Shown: positions 53,983 to 64,000 of the stretch, piece after piece | Layout: every line of letters begins with the position of its first letter | Position numbering within the stretch: the stretch's first letter is position 1 | Origin: Rhizophagus irregularis | Lineage: Eukaryota | Assembly (NCBI RefSeq): GCF_026210795.1 | Contig: NC_089433.1 | Coordinates: forward strand, 4,588,001-4,652,000 | Length of the DNA: 64,000 nucleotides | Direction of reading: 5' to 3' | Translations under genes and position numbers: made by a program | Notes under the pieces: generated by a model | Told to the model about the DNA's origin: nothing | Database searches by the model: none | Seen by the model: the letters and a program-made list of their open reading frames with translations, nothing else

Positions 53983-55496
53983 TTTGTCTTTTTTTTTTTT
54001 AAAAAAAAGCGGTTCAATTTAAATGTTGTACTCCGTACCTCGTTTCACAATGAGATTTAAATTTATTGCGTCATTGATGATCATCTCTTAAGAATCTACA
54101 TTTTTTATCATACATTACCAAGTACTGTTAGAAAGTCTGAAGAATTTGGTTAACTGATTTGAGCTCTGATGGAAATATCTTATTCTTAACCGTTGATAAT
54201 CAATAGTATTGTAGAGCTTGTGCCCGTCATAAAGACGTTTGCCACCACAAGCTACAAAATAAACCTTTATTTAATTTGATAAAAATTATAACAGTTCCCG
54301 AGTTTCAAAATAAAAATAAGAGTTAATAATAAAATGAAAAATTCAAGAAAGAAAATTAATTCTCAATAACTTCAAAACAAAAATTCTAAATTCTATTTTT
54401 ATAATCAGATCGCATTAATAAATAAACAATTTCTAAATTCTAAAGTTTAATCACGAGCCTGTAGAGGGTAAACAAATTTATCACAATAAAATATAAATAA
54501 CCAATAAAAACCCAGAATAGTTTTACGTCATTACGGACGCAGTACATTTAAAACTGTCTGTTTTTTACTCTAAAATATAATACTACGCCCCAAAATTAAT
54601 AATTTCACAATATAATAATATTTCGACCGATTATTGAGCTCAAATTTAATTATTTAATTTTTTAAAAATTAAAAAATTTAATATCACTATTAATAATAAC
54701 TAATCATATTACCAAAAAAAATAATAATAAGCATTTACATGAACATAAATTAATCTTGAAGATTGCGAGTCATATTTTTCGATTTCATTTAGTTGGTGAA
54801 ACCTTAATACAAAATATACAATAAATATATTCAGTATCGATAAAAGTCCTATTTTAAACCTTGCATCTTTTTGCAAGGCAAAGATTATTTTTAAATATTT
54901 ACAAATACAGTAACAGAAGAAATATACTTTTATTACAAATTTCTTAATCTTTATTTAAATCGATAAATAAAAATTTATACGTGGTAAAAGACCGTTAAAG
55001 TTAGGAATCATTAAACTTCCCCTGTGTTAAATCCCGAAATTTAGCCGGCATTATGACGTTATAAGGAATTAACCATTGTGGATTGTACACCGAAAAATCA
55101 GTATAGTAAAATAATATGGAGAAATATTATTTCAGAAGCAATCATTTATTTCTTATGAAATTTAATTATTGAAATGATTATAAGGTATTCAAAATAAAAA
55201 AATGCAAAGGTTAATTCAAGTCAATACTACTAAGAAAAAATATGGAAACAATAATATTTAAGATTATTTTATGAAAAAATATAATAAATATAAAATAATT
55301 TTGTACAATTCTTTTTAAATACGCTCTAAATTGTTGATATGTTGCATTAATTTAATACAATTTAATAATAAAGTATTGCACCCAAGAAATTATAACCATG
55401 TACACATTTGCATTTTTTTTTTGCAAAATAATTTGTCATTTTCGAACAAAATCCAATATCAAATTATTTCAATTTTCAATATATAGATACTACACT

Positions 55497-55725
55497 CATT
55501 TCCTTGTGATTTGATGTACTTTATAATCCAGACTCACTACTAGCACTTATTAATGATAATGTCATCGCCAAAATATGGACCATATCTATGGCAATAATAC
55601 ACAGCGTAAAATGTATTTCTTATATTACTAACAATTGCATTTTCAACATTATTATCTTTAAAAGAAAAAATAAAGCTGTCTTTAGTTATTCCCCACGAAT
55701 TAGAAGAATTCCATATAATCGGAAT
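55497..55725 (-). pseudogene. Isolated TLDc-domain fragment
   Basis: PIIWNSSNSWGITKDSFIFSFKDNNVENAIVSNI...YGPYFGDDII...DYKVHQI, paralogous to the C-terminus of the 52433-53982 gene. No upstream part. Confidence 0.75.
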
Positions 55726-57084
55726 TTTTTTTTGTTAATGTAAACTGTTAATGTTTGTTAAGGTTACGAAAAGTAAGTCGGTTTATAAATCAACCAATTT
55801 AGGAAAATTTGAATAAGGCTTTTCTTGGCTTGTGTCATTTGTGTAATATAGATTTAAATGTGAGCTATACAGTCTATACACGTAAAGCATTGTATTCTTT
55901 ATTCGTGATATGATTGTTAATATCACAAAGTTTTTTTTTCAAAAAAAAAAAAGTTTTTTTTTTCATACGCCAACGAAAAAAATACAAATACTTATATTCT
56001 TTATATATAACATTTTACTAATCAAATTTTATTATTATTGTTATTTTTATTGTAATATTGTATAATAATTTAATTTTAAACAATTTTATTAATTGTCTTA
56101 CTAAGATGTATCTAATGATAGTAATTCCATATCTCTATGATTGAAAGGCATAAAGAAAATTAGCCAAATATCAACAAGATGAAAAAAAAAAATTAGCCGT
56201 CTAATCTTTTTTCCGTTTAGAAACTCTTTCTTCATCTCATTGGTGTTCCAAAATTGGTACTCGTTACAATTAAATGTAATACAAACAAAGATCTTTTATC
56301 TCGATTATTCTCAACAAATCAAAAAAATATATATATAATAGCGGGTGCAGTTTTTGTATAAGAATAAATGTCCCTATATATTTCAGGTTTACCATTTTTT
56401 TCAATAATATTTTTCTAGAAATTTCTTTCAATTAATACTAAATATTACAATGCGGTTAACATACAGTAAATATGCAAGATTAGCCAAATTTAGGCAACGG
56501 AACGTGTTAAATTAACACGTTTCGCTTTTATAGGGATTGATGACCTAACTATGGATGAAAAATTCTTAGATTATACGCAAATCAAAACTTTACTCTGTCT
56601 AATTTCACTATGATGGCGACGCATCTGTGTACCCTACCCCTATATATATATATTTCTGAGTCCTGTGCTTATAATGATAAAAAAATAATATTATAATATT
56701 TATAAAGTCATTTGTTATATAATATTTCGGTTATATGAACCGTCATTCTGTCGGCAAAACATTTGTCGGCGACAGGGAAATTTTATGAGTAGAAAATCTA
56801 ATATGCGAACATCTGAAATCATATGGAAATTCTGTTTCGCATTCGATTTAATAACGAAACCCTTTCCTTTAATAATGAAAGAACACGCATGCACCGTTTA
56901 TTTCTTTACACGTCATGCCCGATATGGCAAAAGTATGAATCTTGATAAGACAAGTGGTAGTAAAGAGCATAATATAAATACACGTTAAGTTACGGCACTT
57001 TTTTCAAAAAAAAAAAAATTTTATTCAAAAAAAACAAAGAAATTTCTCTATAAAAAAAGAAGTGAAAACTATTAAAAAGGCAAA

Positions 57085-57790
57085 ATGAAGTTCAATATCT
57101 TCCTTCTCTTTTTGGTTATCTTCTCTGTTACCGCTTTAGCTGTACCAGTTGAATTGAATCATTATTGTAAGTATTTCCATTGTGGTTACTAAAATAATTA
57201 AATGTTAATTTTTTATTTCATTTTAATTAATAAATAGGTGATTATTGTAAGTATTACTCCTGTTCATTTCCGGTTGGTACAAGCTAAATCGAATCAACCA
57301 ACCGGACTGGAAATGAACCGGCCTATTATATTACACTCGATGTTATTATTAACTGAAAATATTAAACTTTAATTTTCCATTTACTTAATTTTAATTAAAT
57401 AATGTATAGACTGTAAGTATTCATCATTGTTGTTATTATTTTATGGTACCTATTTTTGAAAATACTAACTAATAAATTAATAAATAGGCTGTAAGTATCG
57501 GCTTTATATATAATAGTTATTACTGTATTATGTTTTTAAAATATTTAAAATTTAAAATATTTTACCTTTAAAATATATATATATATATACACATTAAATA
57601 CTAGGCTGGGGTAAGTTATTATATTTGATGTTTATTGTTTTAAAACAAATATTAACTTTTTTATCTTTCCTTTTATTTTTAAATAATAGAATGTAAGTGT
57701 TAACATTATTATTACACACAATGTTATTGTTCTTACAAAAATATTAATAAATGCCAATTTTTCTTTTATCACTTAAATAACAAATAGTTT
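57085..57790 (+). CDS. Micro-exon gene encoding a small secreted Cys/aromatic-rich peptide (3' end uncertain)
   Basis: Exon 1 (57085-57166) encodes MKFNIFLLFLVIFSVTALAVPVELNHY. Micro-exons follow at 57238-57246, 57410-57412, 57488-57490, 57605-57610, 57690-57692 and 57788-57790, each flanked by TAG and GTAAGT. Spliced product: MKFNIFLLFLVIFSVTALAVPVELNHYCDYYCCWEF... Confidence 0.8.
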
Positions 57791-57866
57791 GTAAGTATCT
57801 TCATTACCATTAGTATTACAAAAATATAAAAATTTTTTATTTTTTCTTATTAAAACACTAATAAAT

Positions 57867-59664
57867 ATGGAGTCATACCGAGGGCAAGAGGAGTTCGAGG
57901 AACATCTCTTAAAAGAAGTCAAGTCTTTTGTGGGCAAAAATTTTACAAAAGCCAACTCTAGGCATAAAGACGAGTTAGAGGATATTTTCGACAAAATATT
58001 TTTCAGGACGCTAAAAACACATAGGCTACTAGTGGAAATAAGTAATATTACTGGCATAAAAGGTGAAACCATAGAAATAATAGCCAGGAGTATACTGAGG
58101 TTCGCATATAGAGAACATGATAATGATGTCAAAAGAATTGGAAACCAGAATATTCGCCTTCGTTCATGGCTGCGGCAGGCGCAGCAAAAACCTTCAACAC
58201 ATGATACACATCTAGATAAAGAAATAGAATGCGAGTTAAAAACACCAATCAAAAACGTCTCGAAACAAAGAAAAACGCCAAAAAATAAAAAACGTGAAAA
58301 AAAATTAGTTAAGGAAATTGTGCTCCCAACAAAAGTCGATCAGTTATCGATCCAAAAAAATTCTGGGGCTCAAAGTACAACATCACGTGACATATTATTT
58401 TACGACATACCATCAAGATATAGTGAGGAAGAGGTGGTCAATGCCATAAAACAGTTAGGCGAGGTACATAGAATTAGGATCAAAAAACATTACAAATACC
58501 AATCAGTAAGAGCGGACATATCATTATTGGAAGACTATGAGAACTCCTTCTTGAAAGGAGCGTGGAAGGAGAAAGTTTTAATAGGAAGCAACGAAAAAAA
58601 TAAAAAAATCATTGACATTCGTTGGTTCAAAGGAGACAGGACAGTTAAAGATATAAAAGAAAAATGCAAATGGAAAGCTTACAAAGTAATTCGGATGAAT
58701 TACTACCAAGATATAGCGAGAAAAAATTATACTTTTGAGTATGGAAAAATAGCTCGTTTTGGAAATAAAGACAGTTTTCTTGGCATACTTTAAAAATGAA
58801 GATCAGTCGAATAGTGCAATCACTCTGGACGGTGGAATCACAGATCAAGCCTGGATTATTCACGGAAAGCGTCAAGATGGTGTGCCAAAGAAGTCTTCAA
58901 AAGAGGATCTTCCAAAGGCCCTTATCAGTACGGTTCCGAATAATAAAAAAGAAGAGCAGATGACAACAATCATTATGCCAACAACTATTAAAGATATAAC
59001 CACGGAAGAGGTAGTTGATACCGTTAATAAATATAGGAAAAACCTGCTAAATGAAAAGCAAGTTAAAATGATATCGCCTCCACTAAAAGATTACACTTCT
59101 ATGGATAATGTGGTTAGAATCATAGAAGAGTATAGAGAAGAGATAATGGTTGAACATGGAAAGGTGGCATTCAATAATACAATAATGATTGAATCATCAA
59201 AAGAAGATAGTGCTGCTGAGAATATAAGAGTCGGAGACACGAAAAATAATAATAAAGCTAAGGGTGCTTTAACTAAAAACGTTGTCAACGACAAAAAAGA
59301 TAAGTCAGTGTGCACCAAACATGGCGAAAAGATAGTTACCCCAGTGGAATTACATGAATACACCAAAGTCAACGCTGATTGTACTAAAAGACTACCAAAG
59401 AAAAGTGAGTATCCATTTACTCTTTCAAATCGTAATCCATTTGATATAGGTAAAGGTAGTGATTTTACATCATCATCGGATGATGAAGAACACATAAAAG
59501 AAGTCAAGAAGCGTATAAAGAAAAAACAAGGAACGCGCAGTGACGTGGAATACGAAGAGTCGGAAGACGGTTTCAGAGAAGTTAAAAAAGAAAGAAGACC
59601 TTGGGCCGGGAAGCCTGGAAGCAGGATGGGCCGAAAAAAGAAAAAGGGTCAAAACAAAAAGTAG
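57867..59664 (+). pseudogene. LINE ORF1-like RRM protein with a single +1 frameshift
   Basis: RDILFYDIPSRYSEEEVVNAIKQLGEVHRIRIKKHYKYQSVRADI is RRM-like. ORFs 57867-58793 and 58759-59664 fuse (FGNKTVFLAYF) if one A is removed at GGAAATAAAGACA (~58767). Basic C-terminus. Confidence 0.7.
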
Positions 59665-59678
59665 ACTAGGTTTGTTAG

Positions 59679-59973
59679 CCCTATAAAAAAAGAAAATTCG
59701 GAATTTGTCCTGAAAAGTATGGAAAATGTCCGGAAATTTTCCATGCATCCGGAAAACATTCAGAAACGGTCACGTTTTGGAACACTTTCTGGACGCACAA
59801 ATTCCAGACATTTTCTTGACACTTCAGAATTTGTCCAGAATTTGTCCAGAATCGAGCGTCCGGAAAATGTTCCAAAACGTGACCATTTCCGAATGTTTTC
59901 TGGACGCACGGAAAATTTCCAGACATTTTCCATACTTTTCAAGACAAATTTTGAATTTTCTTTTTTTATAGGG
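59679..59973. mobile_element. 295-bp palindromic MITE, copy 2
   Basis: Same length and termini as 25282-25576; TSD TAG (59676-59678 and 59974-59976). Confidence 0.93.
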
Positions 59974-60602
59974 TAGTGTAGAATAATGAGATATACCCAT
60001 GTATGTAAATATTTTTAGATAGGTTGGTGTAGGGGTTAAAGGTGTTGATCGGGGACGGTAGTTGCCTTGACATGGAGAGAATGAGTAGTTTTTAGATTGC
60101 TCATTTTCAATGGGTATATTGAGGTTATTCTACTGCTTATGTTTGTACTAGTACGCGAAATACTAACATAGGTTTTTTTAATCAATAAATATGCATTTGT
60201 CATTGGAAAAAAAAAAGAATAACGAATATTACAGAGCGCCGAGTGAGGCAGTAATATGGTCGATTCCTTTTCAATTCTTAATAATTGTTAATAAAGACAC
60301 ACAGTTTCTTGCTGATTCCTAACTATACATTTTATTATTTATTGTTTATTATTTTTTTAGTTATATACACTTTATTTATTTTCGAGTTTATTAGTTTATT
60401 GATATACTGATCAATACTTTGTCGATCATTTGTCGATCACACACCATAAACTTATATTTATTTCATATACCCTTATCGAATATTATCCTACAATTATTAT
60501 CGATTTCTCATTGATATATTATTACATTACGTTAATAATTGATATTTTATTTCTGTTACTACCTGACGAATCGTATAAAATCAGTAGTGACACTAGCATC
60601 GT

Positions 60603-60897
60603 TAGATCACGTGATAATTGCCAAAACGTCCAAATTTTCTTAAATTAAAAATCCCGACTGGAACACATTTGTGACATTATCTCGCCATCTAGGATCGATG
60701 GATGCGGAGATGTATTTAAAAACAAGTTTTGGACATTTTGGCAATTACCTCGTGATCTATTGGGGCTAGAAGTGCGTGCTGACCACCATTAGATTTCTCT
60801 TGATGAAACGAATCCAATGAGTCTTTATTCATCAAATTTAAGTCACTGGATGACGAGATAATCACAAGTGTCCGGATAATTTTGGCTACCCTCTGTA
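60603..60897. mobile_element. Tc1/mariner-like non-autonomous remnant
   Basis: Internal inverted repeat TAGATCACGTGATAATTGCCAAAACGTCCAAA / TTTGGACATTTTGGCAATTACCTCGTGATCTA; right end TTTTGGCTACCCTCTG followed by TA. The left TIR is not found. Confidence 0.45.
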
Positions 60898-61986
60898 TTA
60901 AAGCTAAAACAATATCAGAATTTTTACAATTTGTACAAATACATTTTTAAGATTCAGTGAGATTGAATTGGATTAATTTGGGGTTAACTGTTAATGATTA
61001 TGATTATTATCTAGTATTGCTTTTATAATGTTATTTTTAATATTATTACTATACTTATTATAATAAATTAATCGAAATAACTTCATTAGAATACACCACT
61101 GGTGCTCAACAACATAGTATGTGTTTTCACAAAAATTATGGCCTAAATCAAAGAAGTTTTTCTAATTAAAATTGCTTAACACCCTCAAAAATGGCCAGAA
61201 AAAGGTTTAATTAGTACTATTATTATTATTTTTTTTATGTTACAAATATTGCAAAATAAAAAAAAAATTTTGAAAAACTTAGGAAAATATAAACAAAGTA
61301 TATGCTTGTAGCTAAGGTTGGCTTCTCAACTGTTTTTTAAATAGTTGCAAAATTACAACTATATATAATACTTGTTGTGAATTATGGATTGTGATTAGTA
61401 AGGCCTAGTTGCGGTCACATCTCTAGCTGAAACATTAAGTACTATAATGTGAAATATAATTATTACATTAATAGTATCAGTTTAACCACATTATTAATAA
61501 TATAGATTAAAAAGTTAGGGCAACAAATAAAAAAAAATGCATATATCATATAACTATGGTATTTAACACCATGTTGTGAAATATAATTTTGATTTGAAAT
61601 TTCAATAATTACAGTTTTAAAGTTGTTGTTTGGATGTATTTTTAAGTAAAAATAGTTTAAAATAATTCATAATATTGTTGGCATGAATATCTTTATTATA
61701 GTATTAAGTCCGAAGTGGTGGTTAGGTTCAGTTTCTAAGATGAGGAATATCATCAAGCGTAGAATTATATAGGTCTTCGTTACATTTCAGACTAAAAAGT
61801 AAAAGAAGAATGGATTTTCATAAAATGCTGCGCATTTCATGACTTGCATCACGTACACAGTTGTACAGTCGTACAGTACATTAAATAAATTTCAATGTTG
61901 TACAGGATGCAGTAACCATTATATAAGGTTTAAATTTTACAAATTTGGGTTAATTCCTTTTTATTTTCTTTTCGTAAATTATAAAA

Positions 61987-63481
61987 ATGAATGATAATAA
62001 ATTTTTACCAAAATTATCACAAAATTTACTTGAAATATTAAATGATGAAAAATATTATGATATTACTATTGAAGTTGGTAATGACCCTTATGTAAAGATT
62101 TTTCGTGCGCACATGGTCATTTTACATTATCGTTCAACTTATTTGCAAAGAATTTTGTCAACTAGTAATATGGAAAATGATGGAACTTTAACACATATTA
62201 AATTACCGAACATATCACCTGAAATATTTCAAATAATTTTAAGGTAAATAATTTTATAAAACAGATTATATTCATGATAATTCTTTTTATTCATAATATA
62301 ATATTTTTTTATATTTTAGGTATATTTATGGTGGAAAACTTTCTTTAGAAGAATATGATACTCTGGATATAATTAAAATCTTGGTTTCTTCTAACGAACT
62401 TAATCTTCAAGAATTAACCACGTATTTACAATTTTATTTGATTGAAAATAAAACAGATTGGATGGAAGAAAATTTTAGTTTAATATATCAAACAAGTTTT
62501 GAAAATGATTCTTTCTTGGAACTTCGCAAATATTGTATTGATTTAATTTCTAAAGAACCAAATAAGATATTTAATTCCATAAATTTTTCTTCAATTTCAG
62601 AAAATCTTTTGTTTACAATTATTCAAAGTGATAACCTTCAAATGAGTGAAATTCAAATTTGGGAAAATGTTCTTAGGTGGGGAATCGCTCAAAATCTGGA
62701 TCTTCCTTCTGATTTTACAGACTATTCTCAAAATGATTTTAATAATTTAAAGAATACCTTACAACGGTTTATTCCATTTATTAAATTCTACAATTTAACT
62801 TCTAAAGAATTTTTAGAAAAAGTATTCCCCTATGAAAAAATATTTCCAGAAGATTTATATAGAGATTTATTAAGAGTTTATTTAAGTCTTTCAGATCCTA
62901 ATAGCAAACCAAGTAATAATACAAAACTTGGTATAACTAAAGAAAGTAAAAGAACAGTGGACTCAAAAATTATAACTTATCAACATGTTGAATTAATTTC
63001 AAAATGGATCGATAGATTAGAAATTACTGACAAGTTAATTTCTTCATATGAATTCAGATTATTGTATCGTGCATCTCGTGGTGGATATTCACATAAAAGA
63101 TTTCATGAAATTTGTGACAATCAACCTCGCACTGTAACACTTGTTAAAGTAAAGGATAGTAACGAAATTCTCGGAGGATATAATCCACTTGAATGGAAAT
63201 CGGATGAAGGTTTCAGCACTACTAAAGATAGTTTTATATTTTCCTTTAGCAATGAAGAAATTGAAAATTATATTTTAAGTCGTGTAATTATTGAAAAGAG
63301 TGCTATCTACAATAGTCCTAATACGGGACTATCATTTGGTGAAAGTGATCTTAAGTGGAAAATATGGCTTGGACTATGGCTTGGTAATTGTAAAAAATCT
63401 ACTTATGAAAACCCGATTAGAAAAATCGAGGGAAAATTTGCTGCAGAAGAATTTGAAGTATTTCAGATTGTACTTGATTGA
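61987..63481 (+). CDS. BTB/POZ-BACK-TLDc protein (472 aa predicted)
   Basis: Exons 61987-62243 and 62320-63481 join in frame, with the same intron position as the 52433-53982 paralogue. Motifs YDITIEVGNDPYVKIFRAH, YIYGG, LLYRASRGG, ILGGYNP, FEVFQI. Confidence 0.92.
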
Positions 63482-64000
63482 TGATTTAATTAAAATTTTT
63501 AGTAATCTATTTCAAAATAAAGTATTTATACGTATACAGTAGTTTTTAATTAGTTTTAGGTAGTATTATATGATTACTTTCAACAATTTTACTATACTCA
63601 TTTTTTACGAAACTATTTGGGAATCTAAAGATTGAGAAAGGCAATAAAAAGTAAAGTTCGTCCAGTCTAGTAAAAAATGATTATTTTTAAAAACAAATTA
63701 TTAACATACTATCTCGGTAGAACGTATTGAAAATTTAATTTTTTACGCTCAAATTTCTGTAAACTGAAACAATCTTTTCATAACAAAAGATGGGTTTTCA
63801 ATACAAATTAATACTTCGAAATATATATATCGGGAGAAATTAAAATTTTTTACTAATAGCTCTATGCAGGGTTATTAATAAGGTCATTTAATTATATCTT
63901 TTTGACCAAAATAACTAACCTGTTTTTCATTTCCTAATGGCTTCAATATATTTTTTTCGACTGATACACTATTTTACATAATTATACTTTTTAAATTACT

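Larger units (their letters stand above)
57833..60216 (+). mobile_element. LINE-derived retroelement with ORF1-like gene only, ending in AATAAA and an A10 tail
   Basis: Intronless RRM-containing ORF with a composition unlike the flanks; AATAAA at 60184-60189 and A-run at 60207-60216; no RT ORF. The 5' boundary is approximate and no clear TSD is visible. Confidence 0.6.

Noticed and set aside
58759..58793. Programmed ribosomal frameshift between the two ORFs
   Set aside because: No canonical slippery heptamer; a single A insertion is the simpler explanation.
1476..63542. Antisense or alternate-frame short ORFs overlapping real genes (1476-1658, 19906-20166, 23423-24004, 39347-39682, 52523-52717, 57773-58252, 59091-59507, 63291-63542)
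   Set aside because: These are shadows of genuine coding frames with no independent support.

Overview
Very AT-rich, intron-rich fungal genomic DNA. The gene content (expanded TKL-type kinases, BTB/POZ-BACK-TLDc genes, AIG1/LRR protein, many decayed transposons) points to an arbuscular mycorrhizal fungus (Glomeromycotina, Rhizophagus-like; inferred). Apparently intact genes: a kinase at the left edge, a 6-exon kinase-AIG1-LRR-AIG1 gene (19829-24026), a 314-aa lineage-family gene and two BTB-TLDc genes. The most striking signal is invisible to the ORF track: two independent arrays of tiny micro-exons with consensus splice sites. One (57085-57790) follows a signal-peptide exon and would encode a short Cys/aromatic-rich secreted peptide; all its micro-exons are phase-1 and multiples of 3, as in schistosome micro-exon genes. 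The other (95-571) splices in frame onto the kinase via a 1-nt exon. Also present: a TIR-bounded, two-gene convergent element with a RAG1/Transib-like transposase, split by a nested hAT element with a perfect 8-bp TSD; several MITEs; LINE remnants; and a phosphofructokinase pseudogene. All calls come from reading the sequence by eye, with no database searches.
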